DNA of 63,943 bases, counting the filler, from Circinaria calcarea (lineage: Eukaryota): the NCBI GenBank assembly GCA_051942165.1. It is 46 parts of 46 records of this genome, joined end to end, with 100 filler letters (N's around TTAATTAATTAA, not from the genome) between each part and the next. Parts side by side here need not be neighbours in the genome. Positions count along the whole stretch, not along the records: positions 46,037 to 47,323 come from JAVECS010004972.1; positions 47,424 to 48,710 come from JAVECS010004973.1; positions 48,811 to 50,097 come from JAVECS010004974.1; positions 50,198 to 51,483 come from JAVECS010004975.1; positions 51,584 to 52,869 come from JAVECS010004976.1; positions 52,970 to 54,255 come from JAVECS010004977.1; positions 54,356 to 55,641 come from JAVECS010004978.1; positions 55,742 to 57,026 come from JAVECS010004979.1; 38 more parts are not named here. One strand, written 5' to 3'. The notes beneath the pieces were generated by a model, which saw nothing but the letters and a program-made list of their open reading frames with translations, had not been told where the DNA came from and searched no databases. Positions 45,937 to 58,410 of this stretch are shown here, in pieces. Each line of letters begins with the position of its first letter. Position 1 is the stretch's first letter. The position numbers and the translations under genes were made by a program.

Positions 45937-48900
45937 NNNNNNNNNNNNNNNNNNNNNNNNNNNNNNNNNNNNNNNNNNNNTTAATTAATTAANNNNNNNN
46001 NNNNNNNNNNNNNNNNNNNNNNNNNNNNNNNNNNNNAGTATAAACAGTATAAACTACTTTAGCTTTTTTTTTATAATTTGCATCTAGAATGCTACTATTA
46101 ATAGCCTCATCATATTTATGCTTTAAGAATAGGTCTAACTTCTGAAACCTTTTCTCTAAATGCTCTTTGAATCCAAACATAAATTTGTTTAAATTCGGGG
46201 ACATTTTACTTAAATTAATTCCTGCTGTAAGTAAAGCAGGTTTCTGCTTACTTCAACTCTCAAAAATATTGTCTACAGATTCTTCTATCTCAAGTTGAGT
46301 TTCTTCATTAATTAAAAAATTTTAAGATGAAAATCTCCCTTTCAAATCGTCATCTGCAACATCAAATAAAGGTGTAGTATTAGGAACTAGAATATTAGAT
46401 TTAGAAATCTCAGTAGATATAGTTTTTTGGTTGGAATAAAATCTGTAATTTTTATTGTTATTAATAACAAAACCTTTTGTTATTAATAAAAAGGTAGTAG
46501 AATAGTGTTTTTGTGTTGTTTAAATTATATATTGGGACGACTACAATTTCATTTACTAAAGAGGATTGGACTTCAAGGAAGATTAACCAGAGTTAGGGTA
46601 TCAGCCTTTCTAGTTCTGAGAGTCTACTACGGTCTCCTGCATTGTATGCTTACAGATAACCTATTATACACCCAATCACTCAATAGATGGCTTTTTTAAA
46701 AAGGAAATGGTAGAGATAATTCTGGAAGAATACCAGATTAATAAAGAAAGAATTTTTTTGTTTGATACCAATCCTATCCATTAAACCACTAAATTAATCC
46801 GAGAAGGCTATAACCAGGATAAAATTAACTCCTGAGGTATCTTAATCTTTCTAAAGCAAAAAATAATTTTATTAGAGCAGATGCAGATATTAAATTTAAA
46901 GAACTCTTTTTAGGTTGTTCAATATCTTTAAGTGATACATTATATATAGAGGATAGAGCTAATCTCTATGACATTATTAAACATGTTAATGAAAACAGTG
47001 AATCTAGTTAACCTGTTAGCTTTTTAATAGAAGATTTAGGCGATCCTTTTAAACTAAATTTATGTCTAATATATTGGGCCTGAATAAATTCACAAGAAAT
47101 TTAAATATTCAGGTATTCTATATAAAATATGAAAGAAAAAAAAAATTAAATTGGTTTTCACATTATGCATTTACCTTAAGTTATGAGATTAATGTTATAT
47201 TAAGTATTTAGATTAGAATGACTAGTAGTAAAATTTAAACAAACAAACAATATTTTTTACAACTTAAAAAAAGATAGAATATAGGGGCAATGATAAGGCA
47301 ATATATCCTGTATAGTTACTAGANNNNNNNNNNNNNNNNNNNNNNNNNNNNNNNNNNNNNNNNNNNNTTAATTAATTAANNNNNNNNNNNNNNNNNNNNN
47401 NNNNNNNNNNNNNNNNNNNNNNNAGGCGGGCATGTTAAGGTTAGGCGTGGCCGAAAGTTGTTGCTGGGGATTGCGATTCGCTTCTGTTTCGAGAAGGGAA
47501 GGTGTGACGCAGCCTGATTTGCGGCGTCGAGAGGCTGATGCCGAAATGTCAGCTTCGCCAATGAAAAGCGTCGGTTGTGATGCGACGCTTGGGAAATCGA
47601 GTGGCTGCTCCGATTCGAATTTTCGGGACGCGGATTCTTCCCAAGGGAGAGCGATGGGCATGTCAAGAAGGATGGGATGATTGCTACCATCGACTGACTG
47701 CCTCCTTCTCAACTGCCCCCGTAACGGTGACGGTAACAGTCACGGTCACGGTCACGGCCATGCCTACGCAAGCCGAACTGCCCCGATGATGGCAACGGAG
47801 TACCTGGACTTGTTCTTCTCGACTTGTCTCCGGTACGTTTTCCATGTTCCAGGGATCATGATGTCGCCCCTGGACCCTCACTAATCCACTCTGGCACTAG
47901 AAGCGCCATACCCATCCTCCAGCTCCCCCCCGAGAGATTCAATTCGTGGCTGAATACGCTAAAAATGCTTTCGGAGGGGAGGCTGGGGATGTGTCGCACT
48001 GTCAGCTTTTCCCGACCTTTTCTCTCGCCCGTCGTATCCTCCATACCTTACCGTAACGTCGTACCAACCACCACGCGCAATCACAGCCGGGGCGCAGCAC
48101 ACTCGTCCTGAGCGGTTCCGTCCAGCTGCTCCAGCCACTCCTCGGAGCCTATCATCCAGTTCCACGCTCCACCTGACAGCCGGCATTTCCTTCCTCCGTC
48201 CTTTTCGGGGTTCAACGCTCAAAGCAGTTACGTTCTCGGTCACCATCATCGTCGTCCGTCAAGATCAAACCACCCAACGACTTTTGCAGAGCACGGCTAT
48301 TCTCGCGAACGTGGCGTCGCGCCTTCCCTTCCACAATCGAGCAAATGACGTACCGAACCCCGCCCTCGCAGGTACAAGGGGCCCCCCCTCCCCCCGATGC
48401 TGCAGCCCGCAAGGTGGCCCAACTGCACAGTCCCACTGTAAAGTTTCAGCGCTTGGCAGGCCGGGGAGTGAGGCTATATAGCAAAGATCCCCAGGGTAAA
48501 CCGACGATCGGATGGGCCGTGGCGGAGGCCGGCACTGATCCATTAGCCGACCAATTAGAAGGCGTGGCCGGCTTGCGCCTAAAATCATGCATTGGATAAT
48601 TGTGATCATGCGGCTTACGGCCCCAGAGGAGTTACTCCATTCCCTTCTACCACCCTTGTCGTACTCGTCAGAAGGCTCCCGGGAATCAATTCACATTATT
48701 ACGCCCCCGANNNNNNNNNNNNNNNNNNNNNNNNNNNNNNNNNNNNNNNNNNNNTTAATTAATTAANNNNNNNNNNNNNNNNNNNNNNNNNNNNNNNNNN
48801 NNNNNNNNNNGTACCGGTCGAGGATCCGCTGATTTCCTCAGTGCTGACTGCTCAGGTGATTTATGCACCTGCACAAATTAGGCAGTTTTCGGCTAGTGCT

Positions 48901-49064
48901 ATTCCGGTCAGTTGGAACTTCCCTTCGCCGTCGTCGTAGGGTTTAGTATTGCTCGTACCTACAGCACTACTTGTCAAACCTTCTACACTCCATCTTCACC
49001 TGATAGATAGCGCTCTGAATACTCTCTTCACTCCTTCTGCATCGCCTCAGCGCACTTCGCCGCC

Positions 49065-50056
49065 ATGAATCCTGAGTGGTAAGGACCCAGGAAAACCGCC
49101 CCGTCTTTGGCATTAATCAGATTAACCATTCTATGATGCCATGCTGACTTTCATGTCTCCATAGAGCCCCTCTTCCACCTCGTCATGAGCAGAGCATAGC
49201 AAGGCGTTACAGACCGCTCGGGGCGATAGCTGGTCGTCTCAGTAGCTAATTTTGATTATCTGAACAGATACGATTATCTCTTCAAGCTCCTCCTCATCGG
49301 TGACTCGGGTGTAGGAAAGTCTTGCTTGCTTCTTCGATTCGCTGACGACACATACACCGAGAGTTACATCTCGACTATTGGGGTTGACTTTGTAAGGCCA
49401 CACCCATGTGTTCAGTTGCGGCGCAGCCCAACGAAATATGGCTAATCAGAGGACTTCTAGAAAATTCGGACAATTGAGTTGGATGGCAAGACTGTAAAGC
49501 TGCAGATTGTGAGTCCAGAGCACAAGGCCTGCTAGAAATGAGATCCTGACAGTCTGTGGGTAGTGGGATACCGCAGGACAAGAGCGTTTCCGAACCATCA
49601 CTTCTTCCTATTATCGCGGTGCACACGGTATATGCGTCGTCTACGATGTGACGGATATGGATTCGTTCAACAACGTTAAGCAGTGGCTACAAGAAATTGA
49701 CCGTTATGCCACGGAAGGTGTCAACAAGCTACTGGTGGGCAACAAGAGCGATATGTCGGACAAAAAGGTCGTCGAGTATACAGTGGCAAAGGCGGGTCTC
49801 TTCAAAGTCATGTTTTCCTCCTACTTCGGCTTTGCTGATCTAACATTATTCGGGAAACTAGGAATTCGCCGACAGCCTTGGCATTCCCTTCCTTGAGACC
49901 TCGGCTAAGAACGCATCAAACGTCGAACAAGCTTTCCTAACAATGGCACGACAGATCAAGGAGAGAATGGGTACCACGACTGTCAACAACAAGCCCACCG
50001 TCCAAGTCGGACAAGGACAGGGTGTGCAATCAGGCTCAGCAGGTGGTTGTTGTTAG
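49065..50056 (+). CDS. YPT1: Rab GTPase Ypt1/Rab1, complete
   Basis: Exons 49065-49075, 49268-49391, 49461-49508, 49564-49791, 49862-50056 give [45 protein letters not shown]. Confidence 0.98.
49076..49267 (+). other. Complex first intron of ypt1: putative [D3,4] spliceosomal twin intron
   Basis: GTG + internal intron 49079-49164 (GTAAGG..GCTGAC..TAG) + AGC; excision rebuilds donor GTGAGC for an outer intron with GCTAAT branch and CAG at 49267. Confidence 0.8.
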
Positions 50057-50197
50057 GCGTATCTGGGTTTGGGAGATAGACTGCATCATGACCAAATNNN
50101 NNNNNNNNNNNNNNNNNNNNNNNNNNNNNNNNNNNNNNNNNTTAATTAATTAANNNNNNNNNNNNNNNNNNNNNNNNNNNNNNNNNNNNNNNNNNNN

Positions 50198-50489
50198 ACA
50201 GGCCATTGCGCGAAGGGCGAGTTTAGCGGCCAGTCAGGGTCCGAAAGGGGATGCGTGGAGTGGGGTTCCGAGAAGGGGAGACGCATTGGGGAGGAGTGTG
50301 ACTGGGTTTGGAAGCGTCAAAGAGGAAGATGAGGAGGATGTTGGGAAAGACGGCAAAGGGGATGGAGGTGTGGGTGCAGAGGGTAGGAAGAGGGCAGTCA
50401 GTGGCGTGGGGAGCGTTAAAGAAGATGATGACGAAGATCGAGTTGATGCGAGGAACGCGGCTAGTCGGTTGGCGGCTAGCACTTTTTAA
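50198..50489 (+). CDS. Hypothetical protein C-terminus
   Basis: Coding-like frame with duplicated R.V.G.GSVKE(E/D)D motif. Confidence 0.35.
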
Positions 50490-52456
50490 GTTCCTGGTTA
50501 AGCGCCGGTTAGCAGGGTAGAGGTAATCAAAAAGGAAAGAGGATTGAGGCGGTGTATTTAAGAGGAGAGAGCTTTTTTTGCCATTCTGGAGCGATTGGAC
50601 GTGATGTTCATAGGTACTGTGGTTATCTGAGTCTGTTATTCATAATAAAGGGAGGCAATTATCTTTGTTCTATCTCTTCTCCATTGATTTCCCTCCACCC
50701 CTCCAACTCCAAACCCCGAGGACCTTCTTCCCAGCAGCTCTCCATGTCGTGGTTTTCGAATCACGGCTTGTGAGTGTTCCTGTTGGATTTACAGAAGAGC
50801 TACTAGCATACAGTCTAGTCTGATGACTGTTTTGCAGTGGGGGATTCCTGTGGAGAGCTGCTGGTATCTGACTGGTCGATGTGTGAGAGATACGGAAGAC
50901 AAGTATTCCTTCTTTCCGTTTCCCCTTCCCCTTTTCTCACGGCTTCCTAAGCGCTTATTCACCACTCCCCATGAGACCCAATCTTAACAAAACCCGAACT
51001 CCATAAATCCAGACGAACCTAAACCAGCGGACTCACCTTTTCTACTCTAATTTACTCTACTCTGCTCTACGTGGCATGCATAAATTGGCTTATAGCGATG
51101 CATCCGATGCCAAAGACATTTTTAATATTTAAGCGATAGTAACCTGGAGAAGCAATCCATAACCTATAACAATGCGGGTAAGTGGGTGCGAAGTTATACA
51201 CTATCTACGAGAAAAGCGTAAGATGCCGAATAGGAAAATACCAAAACAACGAGGTATTGAAAAAAGGTTCGTAGGCTACAAGCAAATCACAGCCTATTAA
51301 TAGAGAGCTAAGCATACTATATGCAGAAGTTCTATTACTACCCACATTAGTATTAGCGTGGGTTGCAGAGTTTTCCCGCACTTTGCGAACCATGGACGTT
51401 ACACAATATATCGACTTATTGCGTACACATTAAATACTGTCTTAATACATTACTTAAGTCTCTCCCTGCCATACCTTTAACACNNNNNNNNNNNNNNNNN
51501 NNNNNNNNNNNNNNNNNNNNNNNNNNNTTAATTAATTAANNNNNNNNNNNNNNNNNNNNNNNNNNNNNNNNNNNNNNNNNNNNAGAAGTATTTGTATACT
51601 ATAGATTTTCCCTTGTGGGAAAAAAAAGTTCAAATCCGAGCTTCTATCAAACAAACGTATCGATTCGATTCGATTCGATCCGATCCCTCTCTGCCTTTTC
51701 ATCCCGTTTCGTCGAGGTGTAGGAACCCTCCTCTTCTCTCTCTAATATGTTCCAAAGATTTATTTTTCTAAAACATGAGATTACAAGAGGCTAGATTAGA
51801 CCCTTACCCTTTAGACCCCTCGAAGGGAAAAGGGGGGGAATGGCAAGAGCTTGCTTGCTTGCTTGCCGTATGCCGTATGAATGAAGCAGTACCTTACCTG
51901 TACCCATACTGTACCCAATTCCCTTTTCTCTCTTCTCCTCTCCCTCTCTTCTCCTCCTCTCCAATAAACCAGACCAGACCATTCCATTCCATTCTCATTT
52001 CATTTCGGACCCAGCCCTTTAGCCAGCCCTGTAGCCAGCCCTGTTTTCGATTTCGATTTCGATTTCGATTACTTCTGCACAAAACAAACGACCAATTTTT
52101 TGGATAGAAACTAACTTGTTCATAACTGTACAACTAACTGTACAAAGCTGTACAACTAACTGTACAAAGGGGTGATTAACAAACCCAGACTAGACTAGGA
52201 CAGACTAGTACTGTAGTAATGATACAAACGTCCCAAATTTTTTTTTTTGGTTCGTCTTCCTCCTCGGTATTTGTTTTTGATCGAGCTCCCCCCTTCTTCT
52301 CTGAGACAAGGAGAATGGAATATTTAACAATTGGCCATACATCCGGTTCTGATTCCACGGAATCAGTCTGGCGAAAACTCTTTCTTTTTTCCCGAATCAG
52401 ACACTCTCACTCTCCCACACCCAGACCCCATGACCTTACCGGTCCTTACCTCCCTC

Positions 52457-52818
52457 CTAACCACCTCCACCTCCTCCGCCAAACCACCCCTCCTCCTTAA
52501 TCCTCGCTCCGAAACTGATTGCCACCGCCGCCAACAACCCCACACACAATACGCTCGGGCCCCACCGATCGTGATACCTCACGGCGCGTCTTCTCTTGAT
52601 CATGCGGATGCGCCAGAGATAGAGCGCCATACTGTAGAACAAGGCCACGCAGGCGAGGATCGTAAACGCCCAGGCCGAGGCGCGGGAGACGGCGTCGCCA
52701 AAGTTGAGCAAGGTAGCCGCGATCGAGCCGAGGAGGATGGAGAACTCGAGCCAGGAGAGGAAGGTGCGCTCGGCGGCGAAGAAGACTTTGGGCTCGACGC
52801 GGACGGGGACGTGGATCC
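52457..52818 (-). CDS. VTC4: Vacuolar transporter chaperone (polyphosphate polymerase) C-terminal DUF202 exon
   Basis: IHVPVRVEPKVFFAAERTFLSWLEFSILLGSIAATLLNFGD...YHDRWGP. Confidence 0.8.
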
Positions 52819-52969
52819 CTGTGTGGTGGAAGGGTGGGATGTTAGTAGGTTGGGGAGGTGGGGGAGGAGNNNNNNNNNNNNNNNNNNNNNNNNNNNNNNN
52901 NNNNNNNNNNNNNTTAATTAATTAANNNNNNNNNNNNNNNNNNNNNNNNNNNNNNNNNNNNNNNNNNNN

Positions 52970-53080
52970 GTCAGGTTTGTGGATGAGATTCCGAAGAGCG
53001 TGAGCGGGAAGATTCTGAGGAGGGTGCTGAAGCTGCAGGCGCAGGAGGAGGCGAAGAAGGGGGTGAGGGCGAAGCTATAG
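52970..53080 (+). CDS. C-terminus of AMP-dependent acyl-CoA ligase (4-coumarate/phenylacetate-CoA ligase-like) with PTS1
   Basis: VRFVDEIPKSVSGKILRRVLK...RAKL*. Confidence 0.85.
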   Translation, partial: VRFVDEIPKSVSGKILRRVLKLQAQEEAKKGVRAKL

Positions 53081-53437
53081 GACTTTTGTTTTGTTTTTCA
53101 AATGGGAAAATTAGGTATATTGACCGTGATTTATATAACGCACCTCTCGCATATCAGACCAGCTCTACCTTTTCAAATGTCCGGAATACCTTCCAAACCC
53201 CAAAACTCGTACATCTCTTCGCATCTACCATACCGCTGCCTATCGCCACCTCCGGATACATCTATCCACCTATAGATCTCACTTTGTGTGAATTCCGCCA
53301 TCTCGATCTTTTCTCTTGTCTATCACGCGAGACTAAAACCCCCCGGAAACCCAAAAGAGGGCGAAAAAGAGGGCGAAAAAAAGGGAAAAGGGGAAAGAGA
53401 CATCGATTAATCTTTGTCTTTATTCCGGTTTGGAAAG

Positions 53438-53642
53438 TGTCAGGCTCTACGGTTAGGCGGTGGCGATACCTCGCTTAGTTGGCGTCTTGGCGTATAGTGA
53501 AAACCTTTCACTCGCACACTTCTTCTCTTGTAATAATTAATTCTCGCATATACTGCGTATAGCCATCGCGTTGCTTGTGCCTCACATTACCACATACCTA
53601 AGCCTTAGATACTTTTCAAGTAAAGCACTCTACGGCCTTACA
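53438..53642 (+). mobile_element. Putative solo LTR (family C), 205 bp
   Basis: TGTCAGG...CCTTACA termini; homologue at 43261-43401; no matching TSD. Confidence 0.6.
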
Positions 53643-54355
53643 CAATCTCGCTACCAAGCCTTATTTACCTAGAGACATTTACCAGCCGGAACAGTCATTC
53701 ACTCAATGGCGTACCCCATGCATTTGCTGTCCCTACGCTTAAAACTTCGGGGACTGTGTAAACTAGCTCACCCTACGTTCAACTTCCAGTCAATTGAGCT
53801 TACTTACCCGTATGTTTTCTCTCACTCTTGCCCGGTCGATGAGAAATGGTTTTCCTAAGTCATGCATTCAATTCCCATTAATCGCCATGGCAATCCATGA
53901 CGATATCCCCATCTCCTAGTCGAATTTGAAACCTAAATCTAAACCTAAATCTAAACCTAAATACTTCCCAACGTTGAGGCCTCCTTCCATCTCCGGTCAT
54001 GTGCCGTTTGTGGGTTATGTTACGATTCTACTATCCGAAATTCCATGGCTGAACAACCAACGGGAGTGGTACACCTCACCAGCGGCCTAGCGGTGGAATA
54101 GAGGATGTTTCAAACCCCATATGGTACCCGCAAATCAAAATACGTACCATTTCTTCCAATTACACAGAGAGAGAACTGTTATTTATACCCTATCGAAAGC
54201 CTTTCTCACCAATCTCACCCACCTGATTCGCCAACTTGTCTCCCCCCCCCTTTTCNNNNNNNNNNNNNNNNNNNNNNNNNNNNNNNNNNNNNNNNNNNNT
54301 TAATTAATTAANNNNNNNNNNNNNNNNNNNNNNNNNNNNNNNNNNNNNNNNNNNN

Positions 54356-54756
54356 GTCTCGGGCTGCTGATCATAAAACCCGCTCATGGTGGCAAACGTT
54401 TGGCGGGTACCAAAAAGCGGCCAGCCATTGATGTTATCTCCATTGACCGGTGTATCGACTTCGAAAAAGGGACCGACAGCTGCGACGTTGATGCCCAGGT
54501 AGCCATTGGCTATAGACATGCGTGACTGGTAGTGCCCTTGGTCCAGGTTGGCTGTTGTCAGGATCCAGTTCTCATTGTCCCACGTAACATTTGGGAAGCG
54601 GGTCTCATAAACCGATGCTGCAGTATTTGCCTGGCGTCTTCCAACAGCTGCTGCTATCGGGACGTAATCTGGAGAAGGCAGGGAGATTGCACTGTCCAGC
54701 AGACCAAACGCAGCCAGTACACTCACCGCGCGGCCAGGGTGGCCTCCCGCAAACAT
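54356..54756 (-). CDS. ATH1: Acid trehalase (GH65) N-terminus, secreted
   Basis: Signal-like N-terminus; YETRFPNVTWD, LDQGHYQSRMSIANGYLGINVAAVGPFFE, INGWPLF. Confidence 0.9.
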
Positions 54757-55350
54757 GATTATTCCTAGTCTCTTAGAACAATGACCTGGCCTGGAAGCAA
54801 TCAATGGTTAATGGTAAGATGATGTCACCAGTCAAGATCGCCTGGAGTTTGAATCAATTCGCACAATGCCTAAGCACAGTCGCGTTCAGTGGGGAAGTAA
54901 TGGACAAAGAGTGAAGTACCGCAACTCGAAGCTATGGAGACATGCGCGAGTAGAGTACGTATGTAGGCAAAGTCATGGAGAGAACAGAATCTGTACCTTT
55001 TCTTTGTACCTTGCATGCCACTTTTTACCTTTTTTTTAAGCTAACGGAAGTTTATACCGCAAATCTCCTAAAAATGCGGGGGAAATGCGGGGGATTGTAG
55101 GGCAACATCGGGATCGTCCATTTCGAAGCTCCATCTGGAGTAGAACTTAACTCTTAACTTGGCACACGAAATGCACGTACGCCAAGCGTACAGTCATTGG
55201 GAACAAGGTAATCGTCCGAGTGTTTGCCCGGGTGACGAGAGCGGCCATCGGTCCGTAACTCTTGCTTCATATCTCGCGAAATCTTGCATTAGCACTTCCT
55301 GCCCCAAGGCCATAGTCGAAGGACGATCCGGGAGCCTTCTTGATTTATTT

Positions 55351-55627
55351 TCAATCATCCTCATCCTCATCCTCATCCACCTCGACTTCAGCCTCGTCCT
55401 CATCTTCTATAACTGAGTGTGATACATTTCCTCGTCTATCCGACCCACCACCGCCCTTGCGCTTCGACTTCTCCGTTGATGCAGCTGCTCGTTCCCCAAC
55501 GAAATCGGTTCCCGTCCAGTCGGTCTTGCATGTAGGACACTTTTTCGCCTTCTGCACCCGGAAGAAATTCTGCGTGCAGGTATCGTGAAGACGGCATTGG
55601 CAACTCTTTTTGGGACATCGTTGACCC
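55351..55627 (-). CDS. NSE1: Smc5/6 subunit Nse1, C-terminal RING exon
   Basis: GQRCPKKSCQCRLHDTCTQNFFRVQKAKKCPTCKTDWTGTDFVGERA. Confidence 0.85.
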
Positions 55628-55741
55628 TGGTGATGACCTCANNNNNNNNNNNNNNNNNNNNNNNNNNNNNNNNNNNNNNNNNNNNTTAATTAATTAANNN
55701 NNNNNNNNNNNNNNNNNNNNNNNNNNNNNNNNNNNNNNNNN

Positions 55742-56099
55742 TTTAATATTACTCTTTAATATTGAGCCTAGGGCAACAGTTTAATTATATTTTATATAAT
55801 CGTGTTATTATTAATCGGGATCTATTATATTCTTTAATAGGTTTTAAGGATTATAGCGCCCTTATACTCCCGTTGTTTTTAATATTTTTATTATAAATAA
55901 CACCCGTGCGCTCCATGCTCTCTATGGTTATATAGAGTATCATCGTGAGCAACCCGGAGCTCGGTCCCTTATCATTCCGAGACCTTGCCCCGTTTGGTCC
56001 TTAGTGCATGCTATGGTGCTGGCGCCATAACACCGTGCTATTACCAATCGGGACTTATTATATTCCTTAATAAGCCCCAAGGATTGCAGCGCCCTTACA
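55742..56099. mobile_element. Cluster of three family A LTR pieces
   Basis: RIP-mutated 3' end 55742-55866 (+), inverted 5' end about 55900-56032 (-), little-mutated 3' end 56033-56099 (+). Confidence 0.85.
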
Positions 56100-57718
56100 A
56101 ACCTATTGCGTTAAGAACCCGGATAGTAATTCAAGACGAGAGCCATTCTTGATACTGCTATATGTCCGAAATATTCATCACGTATTCTATGCATAGAGCT
56201 GTCACTGTGCCGCAAGGCTGATGAAGCTAGTGCAGGAGGTTACGACTTTCATGGTGCACAAGCCGCAGCCGGGCGACTCGGGTACCTGTTTTCTCTCCGT
56301 ACCACATACCCGCGGTGCCCGGCATATTGATTTGCTAGCTTCACTTACATCTTGGCGCTGCTGCTTTGCGCTGCGGCGAAGTTGGGCTCTTACTGTGCGA
56401 GGCATAATGGAAGAGACGGATCTTAAAATAAATCGTGTAATTTATAGTACTGGCTATTCAACCCCTGTATCCATGCTCGCGCCAGGAAGTGAGCCACTAT
56501 TACGGGATTTATTTTAAGATTTATCTCTTCTATCATGCATCACACAGTACTTGATCTCATCTAATAAGCATACATGTTCTGGACAATCGCTCTTCAGTCT
56601 ATATTGATTACCATCCCAAATTGCTCCTCCGTTTAACAAGCGAGCTTGGACACTTTTAGTGTTGGTCCCAAACATGAACTTTGCTACGCCCTCCATGTGC
56701 TATCTTTTAGTCACGCTTGTTACGTACGGTTGGTCTCTACCAATCGCTCCAAAGCCTTTCCTCTAATGCATATCATGTAGACTAACGGTGATGTGAATGA
56801 TAGGGCTGTTAGGACATGCCATGGAGCGATCGTTCCGAAACTCGACAACATCTCCCATTAATATTCCTACCTCAACCACAAACACCGAAGCACTAACAGG
56901 ATTGACTTCTTACGAGACAGTTCTTTTGTCTGCCCTAAGCTCTACTGCTGTGTCGTTGGATAAGGATGACACGCAGATCAACAGGGACAATACGACGCAT
57001 AACAGCGTACTAACGGCCCTCAGCACNNNNNNNNNNNNNNNNNNNNNNNNNNNNNNNNNNNNNNNNNNNNTTAATTAATTAANNNNNNNNNNNNNNNNNN
57101 NNNNNNNNNNNNNNNNNNNNNNNNNNCATCTATATAATCTAAATCACCAAAAGCCCCCATAGATACAAAAACCCCATAGATATAGACATACACACGGAAA
57201 GGCCCCCCCTCCTCCCCTCCTCCATTTACAAGTCCTATCAATCCGAAATCCAAAATCCAAAAATCCCATTCAACCCAAGTCCTATCAATCCCAAAAATCC
57301 AAAATCCTAAAAAATAAGAAGAGAGGGATCCCCATCCCCCCCCTGCTAGTTGCACATTGCACACGCTGGCCTTTTCTTTTGCCCTATCCCAAACCCAAGG
57401 GGGCCAAATATCGAATATCGAGTATCGAATATCGACCCATCCTTCCAGGGCCGTTACCCGGGTTTTTTTTTTGGGTTGGTCGGTTTGATTGGTTTGAGGG
57501 GGGAAATTTGGAAAATTTAGAAAAATGTTTGGGCGGGGAAGGGGTCTGGTGAAAAGGGAGGAGGAAGGAAATGTTCTGGTGGATAGATGTGAATATGGAT
57601 ATGGGTATGGATTCGTGTAATCTTTAGGCGGGGGGAAGAATATGACAACCGTTCCAAAGGGGGAGGATTTGATCGCCGGAACCTCTCGTATTCGATTTGA
57701 TTCTATACAAAGTTCTAT

Positions 57719-58410
57719 TCACAGCTTCCCCATCTCCTTCCCCCTCCCCCCAATCCCACGCAGCCTCAACCTGTCCATGCGGAAACGAGCCGGTAACCAC
57801 TTCCGCACCTGCCTTTCCGCTTCGGTCCCACCCAGCAGCATCGTCACGACGGCTTCGGCGCAGCGGAAAGAAAATGCCATTCCTGTATCCTCCCCCGACC
57901 GGTTACAAAGAGAGAGTTAGTCGATTGGAGTCACCTGCAGCCCTGAGGGGGGGCGACTCTAAACAGAAGAAGCAGTCGAAACACAAAAGCAAACATCTTT
58001 TTTGCTAAAGATGGATTTAAAAATTTTGAGGGAAAGAGGGGGCGTGTAAGAGTTCCAGACGCACCGTGTCCGTTGAACCCCGCGCACACCCATAATCCCG
58101 TTTCTGCCTCTCCGACGACGGGGAACCCATCTCCCGTAAACCCCATAATCCCGGTCCACTCGTCTTTGACCCCTTTTCCCTCCTCGTCCCCGCCTCCCTT
58201 GTCCCCACCAAAATACCCTCTGACTGCCCCCCGCAAGTACACCCTTACCTCCTCGCTGACTCCCTCGTTATCCAAAACCCCTTCCTCACCTCCGGGCGCA
58301 TACGACCTCCCGCCTCCCAGCAGGACATCTCCTTCCCCCGTGGATTCAGGCGGCCGGACGATCAGGTAATCGTCGTAGCCGCCGCGGTAGAGGAAGGAGT
58401 AGCTACGATT
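57719..58410 (-). CDS. FAD-dependent oxidoreductase (DAO family), C-terminal part
   Basis: DYLIVRP, VLLGGGR, EWTGIMGFTGDGFPVVG, GLWVCAGFNGHG-intron-MAFSFRCAEAVVTML. Confidence 0.88.
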
